Below the pieces are notes generated by a model. That model was not told the DNA's origin. It saw nothing but the letters and a program-made list of their open reading frames with translations, and searched no databases. From Parcubacteria group bacterium LiPW_30 (GTDB lineage: Bacteria; Patescibacteriota; Minisyncoccia; Phycocordibacterales; VMEP01), in assembly GCA_007375595.1 (NCBI GenBank), contig VMEP01000001.1:415184-479183 (forward strand): a stretch of DNA of 64,000 nt, given 5' to 3'. Position 1 is the stretch's first letter. Each line of letters opens with the position of its first letter. A program made the position numbers and the translations under genes. Shown one piece after another: positions 1-8,551 of the stretch.

Positions 1-6
1 ATTCGT

Positions 7-1251
7 GTGGTTAAGAAAAGTCTGGACACTTTGCGCGTTGAAGCAGAAAATGCTGAGATTCGCGCAGACCTAACTCGTGCGGCAGAAATTAGATACAGTA
101 AAATTCCTCTTCTTGAAAAAGATTTACAAACAAGAATGGCTCGACTAAAGAAACTCCAAAAAACACGACGTATCTTGCGTGAAGAAATTGTAGAAGAAGA
201 TATCGCAGATGTTGTGTCTCGTTGGACAAATATTCCAGTATCTAAAATGCTTGAAGAAGAAATCGAAAAACTTTCTCGAATGGAGGATGAATTGCGAAAG
301 AGGGTAATTGGGCAGGATGAAGCCATAAAGAAAGTTTCTGACGCAGTAAGACGCTCAAGAGCTGGTGTTTCCGATCCAAATCGTCCAATAGGCTCATTTA
401 TATTCCTAGGACCTACTGGTGTTGGTAAAACAGAGCTTACAAAAGCCTTGGCGCAATTTATGTTCAACGACGAGAGAGCTTTGATTCGCGTTGATATGTC
501 GGAATATATGGAGAGTCACTCAGTTTCAAAATTAATTGGTTCGCCTCCTGGATATATCGGACACGATGATTCCGGACAGCTAACAGAAGCTGTTCGTCAT
601 CGTCCATATTCCGTTATTCTTTTTGACGAAATTGAAAAAGCGCACCCAGAAGTATTCAACTTGTTACTTCAGGTTCTTGACGACGGAAGACTCACAGACG
701 CAAAGGGTCGTGTTGTTAACTTCAGAAACGCAGTGATTATTCTAACTTCAAATATTGGTTCACAGTTTATTTCTAAGATGGAATCAATGGGCTTTAGCTC
801 TAAAACAACTGCACAAGATTATTCTGGAACGAAAGAAAAAGTTTTGGGAACGTTGAAGGATTATTTCCGCCCAGAATTCTTGAACCGATTAGACGATATT
901 ATTGTCTTCGATATTCTCTCGGAGACGGCTATTCGTGAAATTGTTACCATCCAAACCGAAATTGTTCGTAAGCGCCTTGAAGCCAAAGAAATGAACTTGG
1001 AAATAAGCGAAGAAGCGCTTAAGTACTTGGCTCGTGAAGGATACAGCCCACATTATGGCGCACGACCATTGAAACGACTTATTCAGGAAAAAGTTTTGAA
1101 CAAGGTAGCAATGCTTATCATTTCAAAATCTATTTCGGCAGGGGACAAGGTTGTGGTTACGGAGAAAAACAATGATTTGGTTATTGAAATTAGCCGTGGA
1201 CGCATGAGCCCAATTAAAGGGAGAAGTACTCGCAAAAAAGTTACAGCGTAA
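7..1251 (+). CDS. clpB: ATP-dependent chaperone ClpB, C-terminal part (gene starts before the window)
   Basis: Coiled-coil middle domain (AAEIRYSKIP), second AAA+ module GPTGVGKTE, RVDMSEYME, DEIEKAHPEVFN, GARPLKR. Confidence 0.92.
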   Translation: MVKKSLDTLRVEAENAEIRADLTRAAEIRYSKIPLLEKDLQTRMARLKKLQKTRRILREEIVEEDIADVVSRWTNIPVSKMLEEEIEKLSRMEDELRKRVIGQDEAIKKVSDAVRRSRAGVSDPNRPIGSFIFLGPTGVGKTELTKALAQFMFNDERALIRVDMSEYMESHSVSKLIGSPPGYIGHDDSGQLTEAVRHRPYSVILFDEIEKAHPEVFNLLLQVLDDGRLTDAKGRVVNFRNAVIILTSNIGSQFISKMESMGFSSKTTAQDYSGTKEKVLGTLKDYFRPEFLNRLDDIIVFDILSETAIREIVTIQTEIVRKRLEAKEMNLEISEEALKYLAREGYSPHYGARPLKRLIQEKVLNKVAMLIISKSISAGDKVVVTEKNNDLVIEISRGRMSPIKGRSTRKKVTA

Positions 1252-1254
1252 TTC

Positions 1255-1289
1255 AATTAAAAAACCGGCATTATGCCGGTTTTTTAATT
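1255..1289 (+). terminator. Intrinsic terminator after clpB
   Basis: aattaaaaaaccggca-tta-tgccggttttttaatt perfect hairpin with T tract. Confidence 0.85.
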
Positions 1290-1335
1290 TTATATACAAA
1301 AATTTATTGCGAGCAGTACTATACTCTGCTAAAAT

Positions 1336-1716
1336 ATGGCTATGAATTCTAAAGAACGTGGTGACATTGCAGTTGGTCAGGCCATTAATTATTTTATGTC
1401 GCAAGGATATGAAGTTTGTTTGCCAATAGGCGATAAACGCCACTATGACATTATTGTTGAAAAAAATGGCACGTTAAACAGGGTGCAGATAAAGTTTGCC
1501 GGGTTATACAAAAGTAAAAATCAATGCCGAGTTGGTTTGAGAATTACCGGTGGTAATCAATCTTATTCTTATTCTAAAAAATACGATAACGATGCTTTTG
1601 ACTCACTTTTTGTATATACTGAGCGCGGGGAACGATATTTTATCCCCTGGAAAGAAGTGGATTGTCGAAACGAATTGACAATAGAGACCAATAAATATAA
1701 AACATATAGGGTTTAA
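1336..1716 (+). CDS. PD-(D/E)XK endonuclease, group I intron-associated / I-Ssp6803I-like family
   Basis: KERGDIA...GYEVCLPIGD..HYDIIVE...RVQIK motif and C-terminal YDNDAFDSLFVY...YFIP; stop codon 1 nt before tRNA-Tyr. Confidence 0.75.
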   Translation: MAMNSKERGDIAVGQAINYFMSQGYEVCLPIGDKRHYDIIVEKNGTLNRVQIKFAGLYKSKNQCRVGLRITGGNQSYSYSKKYDNDAFDSLFVYTERGERYFIPWKEVDCRNELTIETNKYKTYRV

Positions 1717-1717
1717 T

Positions 1718-1804
1718 GCGTCGGTGGCGGAGTGGTCAATCGCAATAGACTGTAAATCTATCGGACTTAGTCCTTCGAAGGTTCGAATCCTTCCCGACGC
1801 ACCA
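1718..1804 (+). tRNA. tRNA-Tyr(GTA) with encoded CCA
   Basis: GCGTCGG/CCGACGC acceptor stem, ATAGA-CTGTAAA-TCTAT anticodon arm, long variable arm, GGTTCGAATCC T-arm, ACCA end. Confidence 0.96.
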
Positions 1805-1867
1805 TAAACAAATAAAGCTCAGTGTGAAAACATTTGGCTTTATTTGTTTTTAAAATTTTAAATTAAG

Positions 1868-1894
1868 AAAGGCTACCGCGGGGGTAGCCTTTTT
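1868..1894. terminator. Bidirectional intrinsic terminator
   Basis: aaaggctacc-gcggg-ggtagccttt hairpin between convergent tRNA-Tyr and small ORF. Confidence 0.75.
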
Positions 1895-1912
1895 GTTTGG
1901 GGTGTAGGGCTC

Positions 1913-2050
1913 TCAGAGTCCTGGAGGCATTTCCCGGTCGTGCGGTTTGACGCGCATCATCGTAAGCCAGAAAATAAACCAAGTGAAACCGCCGCTCGCC
2001 AAGAGTGCCAAGATGGCGATAACGAGCCCTTCTAGGAATTTGGGTTCCAT
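1913..2050 (-). CDS. Small single-TM orphan protein (45 aa, MEPKFLEGLVIAIL...)
   Basis: GGAGG SD 5 nt before ATG at 2050; upstream TTGACA-17-TATTGT; hydrophobic helix; downstream terminator. Confidence 0.6.
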   Translation of the reverse strand: MEPKFLEGLVIAILALLASGGFTWFIFWLTMMRVKPHDREMPPGL

Positions 2051-2093
2051 GTTTTCCTCCAATGTTTGTCTAATTGAGACAATAAGGCACGCA

Positions 2094-2645
2094 CTAAAAG
2101 TTGTCAACAATACGCCCTAGCTTCTTAAATGACGCTTCAAACTGTTTCATTACTTTTGTCCCGCGCAAAGCGGCCGCAGGATGAAACATTGGAAATATTT
2201 TTCTGCCGTCGATTTCAAATATTTTTCCTTGGTCAACTGATATTTTTGCCGTTGGGAGAAAATAATTTGTTGCAAAACGACCAAGTGGAACGATAATTTT
2301 CGGATTGATAATCTCAATTTGTTTTGTGAGGTATGGTTTGAAACTTTCGATTTCTTTTTCATTTGGGTCGCGATTTAACAGCGGACGTTTTTTGACAATA
2401 TTTGTAATGTAAACGCCTCCACGCTTCCAATTGATTTTTTCCAGATTTTTGTTTATTAGTTGTCCGCTACGGCCAACAAAAGGTCTTTTTTCTAGGTCCT
2501 CGTTTTTTCCTGGAGCTTCGCCAATAAACATAACGGGGGAGTTGATGTCACCTTCGCCGAAAACGAGATTGCTCTTTTTTAGGGGGAGTTTGGTATTTGC
2601 CTCAATTTCTGACTTGAGCTTTTCCAGGGCCAGTTTCTTGTTCAT
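2094..2645 (-). CDS. udg: Uracil-DNA glycosylase family 4 (probable start MNKKLAL)
   Basis: VFGEG, IGEAPG..ED...PFVGRSG, YITNIVK.RP, FHPAA motifs; lacks the 4Fe-4S cysteines. Confidence 0.9.
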   Translation of the reverse strand: MNKKLALEKLKSEIEANTKLPLKKSNLVFGEGDINSPVMFIGEAPGKNEDLEKRPFVGRSGQLINKNLEKINWKRGGVYITNIVKKRPLLNRDPNEKEIESFKPYLTKQIEIINPKIIVPLGRFATNYFLPTAKISVDQGKIFEIDGRKIFPMFHPAAALRGTKVMKQFEASFKKLGRIVDNF

Positions 2646-2698
2646 TGGTTTATATTGTAATTCTTTTCTTTTAAATACCAATACTCGCCCTTAAAATG

Positions 2699-2715
2699 CA
2701 TTACGGAGCCTGACG
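2699..2715 (+). repeat. Fragment of the structured element family
   Basis: cattacggagcctgacg is the exact reverse complement of 10769-10785; atactcgcc (2681-2689) also matches the family core. Confidence 0.65.
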
Positions 2716-2757
2716 GATCTTCTCAAAAATATCAGTTGTATTTCTTTAAACACCCCC

Positions 2758-2850
2758 TACTTTTCCCTTTAAAAACATTGCGCAGTGCGACCGGCACGAG
2801 CATAGCAAAAACTTAGCAAAGTTTTATGCGCGTTTTTAAAGGGAAAAGTA
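2758..2850 (+). repeat. Structured element copy within perfect 19-bp inverted repeats
   Basis: tacttttccctttaaaaac (2758-2776) / gtttttaaagggaaaagta (2832-2850); interior homologous (opposite orientation) to 10711-10804 and 58364-58452. Confidence 0.85.
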
Positions 2851-2910
2851 AAAAGAAAGGCTGTTGCAAAATCTAGCGGATTATAGTATGCTCACGGGGA
2901 ATTAAATCAT

Positions 2911-3069
2911 ATGTCACAAGACCAACTTATAAAATTGTCGTGTACAACTTGTAAGCACACCAACTATTGGAGTCGCAAGAACCGCAAGAAAGTCGAACGA
3001 AAAATCGAGCTTAAAAAGTATTGCAAGTGGTGCGGAAAAGCTACAAAACATAAAGAATCGAAGAAATAA
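2911..3069 (+). CDS. rpmG: 50S ribosomal protein L33, zinc-binding form (absent from ORF track)
   Basis: Translated by hand: MSQDQLIKLSCTTCKHTNYWSRKNRKKVERKIELKKYCKWCGKATKHKESKK; two CxxC. Confidence 0.95.
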   Translation: MSQDQLIKLSCTTCKHTNYWSRKNRKKVERKIELKKYCKWCGKATKHKESKK

Positions 3070-3100
3070 AACAAAGCCCCCGAATGGGGTTTTTGTTTTA
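3067..3100. terminator. Bidirectional terminator between rpmG and tRNA-Trp
   Basis: taaaacaaagcccc...ggggtttttgtttta hairpin. Confidence 0.75.
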
Positions 3101-3104
3101 TTGG

Positions 3105-3178
3105 TGGCGGGCCCACGAGGACTCGAACCTCGGTCTGCTCTTTTGGAGAGAGATATTCTACCACTGAACTATAGGCCC
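3105..3178 (-). tRNA. tRNA-Trp(CCA) with encoded CCA; U27:C43 mismatch
   Basis: Minus strand GGGCCTA TA GTTC AGTGGTA GAAT A TCTCT CTCCAAA AGAGC AGAC CGAGG TTCGAGT CCTCG TGGGCCC GCCA. Confidence 0.95.
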
Positions 3179-3271
3179 TTGCTTTGCGAGTATATCAATT
3201 TACTAAAAGTGACGCCACTTTATAAATAAGACAAAGCCACCGAATGGTGGCTTTGTGGTTAAAACGGTGGC

Positions 3272-3556
3272 CTAATCCTCTACGCCGATAATTGTGTACG
3301 GCATTTCGTGTTGGTCGAAAACCAGAAATCCTTGATCGCCGAGTGGGTCTTGGAAAAATCGAACCCACCTGTCTGTTTCGGGAGAGAATCGAAAAACTAC
3401 CTCTTCTCCGTTTAAGAAATCAGACCTAATCCTGATTTGGTCGAGAACATCTGGCTCGAAGCCTTCATGCTGAACAGCTGTTACTCGTCCAGCATCAAAG
3501 AAGGCCTCGTTGGTGTCGTGTATCAACACCTTTTGTCCAACTTCAAGGTTTTCCAT
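3272..3556 (-). CDS. Hypothetical acidic orphan protein
   Basis: AGGAGG SD before ATG; terminator acaaagccac-cgaatg-gtggctttgt at 3231-3256. Confidence 0.65.
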   Translation of the reverse strand: MENLEVGQKVLIHDTNEAFFDAGRVTAVQHEGFEPDVLDQIRIRSDFLNGEEVVFRFSPETDRWVRFFQDPLGDQGFLVFDQHEMPYTIIGVED

Positions 3557-3594
3557 TTTGGACCTCCTGTGTGTGCTATTTAGCTATTTCAAGA

Positions 3595-4524
3595 CTACTT
3601 TTTTCTTTTTGATAAGTCAATTTTCAAAAACCTTCCCACTTCTTTTAAGATTTTTACCTTTTCATTAGGCCTAAACCATTTAATTTTCTTATCTCTTTTA
3701 AACCAAGTCGCTTGGCGTTTGGCGTATTGCCAGGTGTCTCTTTCTATACTCAAAAGCATTTCGTTTTTTGTGATTTTATTTTGAAGATAAAGTGATAAAT
3801 ATTTATATTCCAAACCGAGAGATTCTAGTCTTTTCCACGACAGACCATTTTTATGAAGATTCTTTGCTTCAGCCACCATCCCTTTTTTAATTCGCGAAAG
3901 TAGGCGAAGGTGAACTTTTTGTTTTAGCTCATCGTCTTTCAAATCAAGCCCAATTTTTAAAACATTAAATTTTGGAGGTGAAACCTCCAAAAGAGGGATA
4001 CTACCTAAAGCGGTGGCTATTTCGATGGCGCGGATAAGACGTCGTGGGTTGTTTGCGTCAATTTCTTTTGCACGACGTGAATCCAGTTTTTTTAAAATCA
4101 CAAATAATTGAGGTACGGTTTTTTTCTCAAGCTCTTTTCTTAATTTTTTATTTGGTGGCACTTCTGGTACTACAATATTTTTTAATACCGCGTCTATATA
4201 CAAACCCGTGCCACCGCAGATAATCGGTAGTTTTCCTCGAGAAATTATCTCGCCAATAGTTTTATCTGCAAGATTTTTATATTCCGAAACAGAAAATTGT
4301 TTTTTTGAGTCGGCAATATCTAATAAGTGGTGAGGGATACCTTTCATTTCACGTTTGGTTATTTTCCCCGTCCCTAAATCAAGGCCACGATAGATTTGGC
4401 GCGAGTCGGCTGAAATCACTTCGCCATCCCATTTTTTGGCAAGAAGAACAGCCAAGTCGCTTTTACCGGTTGCTGTTTTGCCTAAAATGGCGATAATCCA
4501 CGGTTTTTTTACATTCTTTTTCAT
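3595..4524 (-). CDS. miaA: tRNA dimethylallyltransferase
   Basis: GKTATGKS P-loop, ISADSRQIYRGLDLGTGK, PHHLLD, GGTGLY, YAKRQ.TWF. Confidence 0.96.
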   Translation of the reverse strand: MKKNVKKPWIIAILGKTATGKSDLAVLLAKKWDGEVISADSRQIYRGLDLGTGKITKREMKGIPHHLLDIADSKKQFSVSEYKNLADKTIGEIISRGKLPIICGGTGLYIDAVLKNIVVPEVPPNKKLRKELEKKTVPQLFVILKKLDSRRAKEIDANNPRRLIRAIEIATALGSIPLLEVSPPKFNVLKIGLDLKDDELKQKVHLRLLSRIKKGMVAEAKNLHKNGLSWKRLESLGLEYKYLSLYLQNKITKNEMLLSIERDTWQYAKRQATWFKRDKKIKWFRPNEKVKILKEVGRFLKIDLSKRKK

Positions 4525-4627
4525 TAAACCTAACGCTACCATATTTGTTGTTTTGCGCGATATCTAGCACCTGTATATAATGAGCAGATAAAAATTAAAA
4601 CATTATAAAAATTAATTAAAAAAATAT

Positions 4628-5164
4628 ATGAATCAAGAAGGAAAAAATGTTCCGAATGTAGTGTTCAAAACAAGGGTTCGTGACGAAGGTGTTGAAGGTC
4701 CAAATCCATATCGTTGGCAAGATGTCTCTTCAGACGATATTTTTAAAGGAAAGAAAGTTGTAGTTTTCGCTCTTCCTGGAGCATTTACCCCAACATGTTC
4801 TTCAACACACCTACCTGGTTATGAAGCAGCTTACGAGGAATTAAAAGCGCTTGGTGTTGATGAAGTTTATTGTCTTTCCGTTAATGATGCTTTTGTCATG
4901 TTTCAGTGGAGTAGACACCAGGGAGTAGAAAAGGTAAAGATGTTGCCTGATGGATCAGGGGAGTTTACTAGAGGAATGGGAATGCTTGTCAAAAAGGACA
5001 ACCTTGGTTTTGGTGAAAGATCTTGGCGTTATAGCATGTATGTTGAAGATGGCTTAATTAAGAAAATATTTTCTGAAGCAGGTTTTTCAAATAATTGCGA
5101 AACAGATCCATTCGAAGTTTCAGATGCGTTGACAATGGTTAATTATTTGAAAGAGAATAAGTAA
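4628..5164 (+). CDS. Peroxiredoxin (Prx5/PGdx-type redoxin)
   Basis: LPGAFTPTCSSTHLP, SVNDAFVM, RSWRYSM. Confidence 0.93.
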   Translation: MNQEGKNVPNVVFKTRVRDEGVEGPNPYRWQDVSSDDIFKGKKVVVFALPGAFTPTCSSTHLPGYEAAYEELKALGVDEVYCLSVNDAFVMFQWSRHQGVEKVKMLPDGSGEFTRGMGMLVKKDNLGFGERSWRYSMYVEDGLIKKIFSEAGFSNNCETDPFEVSDALTMVNYLKENK

Positions 5165-5169
5165 CAAAC

Positions 5170-5529
5170 AAATTAAAAGACGCTCTAGAAAGAGCGTCTT
5201 TTAATTTTCGGTGCCGGGAGGGAGAATCGGTCACAACTCTTCTGCTTCGATAAATCTACGCGACGAAGGTCGTTACCACGCCTCACTGTCGCCTTGCGAC
5301 ATGTTCCGGCTTTCGATTCTCCCCGCGAGTGAAGCAGTTCACTCTCTCTCCCGTCCACTCACTTTGTTCGTTGTGCCGGGAGGGAGAATCGGTCACGCAT
5401 AATTTTCTGCTGAAAATTTGCGCGACCCCGCCTTGGCACGTCTGCCTCCGGCTTTCGATTCTCTCGCCAAAAATTAAAAAACACCCAAAGAGGGCGTCTT
5501 TTAATTTTCGGTGCCGGGAGGGAGAATCG
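5170..5529 (-). repeat. Two structured elements downstream of tRNA-Leu, each followed by a copy of the tRNA 3' end
   Basis: gtgccgggagggagaatcg at 5211-5229, 5373-5391 and 5511-5529; 36-bp exact repeat 5194-5229 = 5494-5529; GTCAC abuts each extra copy; terminator hairpin also duplicated. Confidence 0.9.
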
Positions 5530-5593
5530 AACTCCCATGGATTACTCCGCACGATTTTGAGTCGTGTGCGTCTACCAATTCCGCCATCCCGGC
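5512..5593 (-). tRNA. tRNA-Leu(CAA)
   Basis: Minus strand GCCGGGATGGCGGAATTGGTAGACGCACACGACTCAAAATCGTGCGGAGTAATCCATGGGAGTTCGATTCTCCCTCCCGGCA. Confidence 0.96.
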
Positions 5594-5742
5594 ATTTATC
5601 CTAAAAATAGGATTATCGATATTCTAGGGGACTAAAGCCCAAAAATCAATTTTTTGGATAAAATTTTTGTGATATAATAATCAACATAAAGAAAATTATA
5701 TTTTAGATATATTTTAATTTTCGCACCTTAATATTAAATTTT

Positions 5743-6744
5743 ATGTCCCAATTTCGTAATGACTCAGTTTTTTGGATAGAAGTTGAAAAAATCAAACCAA
5801 ATCCGTATCAACCACGACGGGAGTTTGATGAATTGAAACTAAAAGATCTCTCAGATTCTATTCGCCAATATGGAGTGCTTCAGCCGATTGTTATTACACG
5901 CCGTGAAATAGAGCGTGAAGACGGCGGTATTTCTGCAGAATACGAACTTGTTGCCGGCGAACGACGTTTGCGTGCGGCCAAAATGGCGGGGATTGCTCAA
6001 ATACCGGCTGTTATCCGCGCAGTTGAAGATGATGCTAAAACAAAACTTGAACTCGCTATTATTGAAAATCTTCAAAGAGAAGATTTAAATCCTGTTGATC
6101 GTGCTGTCGCCTTTGACCGTTTAAGGGAAGAATTTGGTTATAAGCACGCCGAGATTGCCCAAAAGGTTGGTAAGAGTCGTGAATATGTTTCAAACACAAT
6201 GCGACTCCTCTTACTTTCAGACGAAATGAGGCAAGGTTTGGCTCAGGGGAAAATTTCTGAAGGTCACACTCGTCCAATTTTAATGCTCGTTGATAGACCA
6301 GAAGAGCAGATGACACTTTATAAAGAAATTGTTTTTAAGCGCATTACTGTGCGCGAGGCAGAAAGTATTGCCCGTAAAATTGCTCACGACCGTGTTCGTA
6401 AAAAAGATATTATTTTTGATCCAGAAGCACTTGAGCTTGAAGGTAAAATTGCAGAAGCGCTCGGGACACGTGTTTCTCTTGAGAAAAGGGAGGTTGGGGG
6501 AAAGCTCGTGATTGATTTTTATTCAAACGACGACTTACGCGCAATCTTTCAATTGCTAAACGCAAACAAGGAAGACCGCCGAGAACTCCTAGAACAATTT
6601 ATTGAAGGGCGTGAACTTGAAAATAGTATAGTTGCTATAAGTGAAGCCGAAGCGGGGATTGAAGCGCCCCTCGACGATCGTTCAAAAGACGAAATACAAG
6701 AACAGGAAGAAGATTTATACTACGTGCGAAATTTCTCTCTTTAA
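5743..6744 (+). CDS. parB: ParB/Spo0J chromosome partitioning protein
   Basis: PNPYQPRREF, GVLQPI, LVAGERRLRA, IENLQREDLNP, HTH GKSREYVSN. Confidence 0.93.
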   Translation: MSQFRNDSVFWIEVEKIKPNPYQPRREFDELKLKDLSDSIRQYGVLQPIVITRREIEREDGGISAEYELVAGERRLRAAKMAGIAQIPAVIRAVEDDAKTKLELAIIENLQREDLNPVDRAVAFDRLREEFGYKHAEIAQKVGKSREYVSNTMRLLLLSDEMRQGLAQGKISEGHTRPILMLVDRPEEQMTLYKEIVFKRITVREAESIARKIAHDRVRKKDIIFDPEALELEGKIAEALGTRVSLEKREVGGKLVIDFYSNDDLRAIFQLLNANKEDRRELLEQFIEGRELENSIVAISEAEAGIEAPLDDRSKDEIQEQEEDLYYVRNFSL

Positions 6745-8219
6745 CTTCCGCCCTTTAAAAACTTAGCGAATTGATTAGCTAACCCCTCTTGGGCGTGTAA
6801 TTTTATTTGTTTCCTAGCAAAAGCAGTTTTAGAAAATTCAAGCCACTTTGTTGATGGTTTGCTTCCTTCTTTGGTTATTATTTCCACAATGTCAGCATTC
6901 TTTAATTTGGTATTAAGCGCGACTAGTTTTCCATTAACTTTTGCTCCAAAGACGTGATTTCCAACATCAGAGTGAATTGCATACGCAAAATCAATTGGTG
7001 AGGATTCTTCTGGAAGCTCAATAACATCACCCTTTGGCGTGAAAACGAAAACGCGATTCTTAAAGAAATCTGTTTTTAAGTGTTCCAAAAATTCACCACT
7101 TTTAGAAACATTTTTTTGCCATTCTGTTAGTTCTTGAATCCACTCAAGTTTTTTACTCATGTGTTCCTCTTTTGATTTGTTTTTACCGACCTCTTTATAT
7201 CCCAAATGTGAGGCAATACCGAACTCTGCCTCTTCGTGCATTTCTTTTGTTCTTATTTGAATTTCCACCGTTCCCCCATCACCAGAAAAAACCGTTGTGT
7301 GAATACTTTGATACCCGTTTGGTTTTGGTAGGGCAATATAATCTTTTATTCTTCCAGGAAGGGGACGCCATTTTTTATGAATTACCCCAAGGGCACGATA
7401 ACAATCTTCAATTGTTGGCACGACAATACGTAAGGCAACAAGATCATATATCTTATCAATATCCATTTCGTGTCGTTTCAGTTTGAGATATAAGCTCCAA
7501 AGATGTTTTACGCGTGAATCAGTTTTAAAATTTTTTATTCCACTTATAGCCAACTCCTTTCTAAGAGAGCGTTTTATTTTTTCTGCTTCTAGCTCACTTG
7601 CCGTGGCGCGCTCCTTTAAAAGTTTTTTAACTTGTTCAAATTCTTTTGGGTACGCATATTCAAAAGAATAATCTTCGAGTTCTCCTTGAATTCTTCCGAT
7701 ACCAAGGCGATTGGCAATTGGGGCGTATATCTCAAGTGTTTCTAGTGCGATGCGTTTTCGTTTTGCCTCCGGTACGTGTTTTAAGGTACTTACGTTATGA
7801 AGACGGTCTGCGAGTTTAATAATAATAACTCGAGCATCTTGTCCCGTTGCAATAAAGAATTTACGAAGACTCTCAACGTGTCTTTCTACTCCGTGATACT
7901 TTAGTTTTCCGAGTTTGGTGACGCCCTTAACTAGAAAAGAAATTTCCGGACCAAACTCTTTTAATATTTCTTCGTCTGAAACATTTGAATCTTCAACCGT
8001 GTCATGAAGAAGTCCTGCGGCGATAGTTTTCGCATCCATATGAAGGAACGCAAGGTTTTTAGCAACTTCTACGACGTGAGATTCAAAATACGATTCTCCA
8101 GAAAAACGTTTTTGGTCGCCGTGTGATTTTTTTGCGAAAGAATAAGCCCTTTCAATAAGCGCCTCGTTTTCCTTGGTCCTTTTGGACATGTGATCGATAA
8201 TGTCTTTCGCAGAGCTCAT
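6741..8219 (-). CDS. relA: RelA/SpoT family (p)ppGpp synthetase/hydrolase (HD + synthetase + TGS, no ACT)
   Basis: LLHDTVED, IKLADRLHN, KDYIALPKPNGYQSIHT, EIQIRT, TGS FVFTPKG...DFAYAIHS. Confidence 0.92.
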   Translation of the reverse strand: MSSAKDIIDHMSKRTKENEALIERAYSFAKKSHGDQKRFSGESYFESHVVEVAKNLAFLHMDAKTIAAGLLHDTVEDSNVSDEEILKEFGPEISFLVKGVTKLGKLKYHGVERHVESLRKFFIATGQDARVIIIKLADRLHNVSTLKHVPEAKRKRIALETLEIYAPIANRLGIGRIQGELEDYSFEYAYPKEFEQVKKLLKERATASELEAEKIKRSLRKELAISGIKNFKTDSRVKHLWSLYLKLKRHEMDIDKIYDLVALRIVVPTIEDCYRALGVIHKKWRPLPGRIKDYIALPKPNGYQSIHTTVFSGDGGTVEIQIRTKEMHEEAEFGIASHLGYKEVGKNKSKEEHMSKKLEWIQELTEWQKNVSKSGEFLEHLKTDFFKNRVFVFTPKGDVIELPEESSPIDFAYAIHSDVGNHVFGAKVNGKLVALNTKLKNADIVEIITKEGSKPSTKWLEFSKTAFARKQIKLHAQEGLANQFAKFLKGGS

Positions 8220-8292
8220 AAAAACAATAGTAGAGCCTCGCGCTTGTTTTCGCAAATTAATTATCCTATTTTCTTTCCCCCTTTCTTCTCTT

Positions 8293-8551
8293 CTAGTTTA
8301 TGCGGGTTATGCATTGGGCACGCTTTGTTACTACATCTTTCTGGAATTGTTTTTGGTCACAAGTCGGTTTTGTTCCGCCGAACAAAACCGCTTTCGACCC
8401 CGGCTCGCGATTTCGTCTGCTGACGAAATATCGCTCCGCCCCACAAAAACTAATTGCGTTTGCAACGCAACACTGAACTCTTATTTCGCTAGTTTATGCG
8501 GGTTATGCATTGGGCATGCTTTGTTACTACATCTTTCTGGAATTGTTTTTG
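8293..8551 (-). repeat. 63-bp duplication of the topA 3' end flanking a structured element
   Basis: 8293-8355 equals 8489-8551 except one synonymous change; GTCAC at 8356, hairpins with tctgctga loop, anti-target caaaaactaatt at 8444-8455. Confidence 0.9.

Noticed and set aside
2964-3164. Minus-strand 66-aa ORF
   Set aside because: Overlaps tRNA-Trp and is antisense to rpmG
5211-5529. Possible CRISPR array (three 19-bp repeats)
   Set aside because: The repeat is the tRNA 3' end, spacers are over 100 bp and share motifs, and no cas genes are present
5211-5604. ORFs 5211-5402, 5283-5552 and 5329-5604
   Set aside because: They overlap tRNA-Leu and its repeat array; the repeated peptide PGGRIGH simply mirrors the DNA repeat
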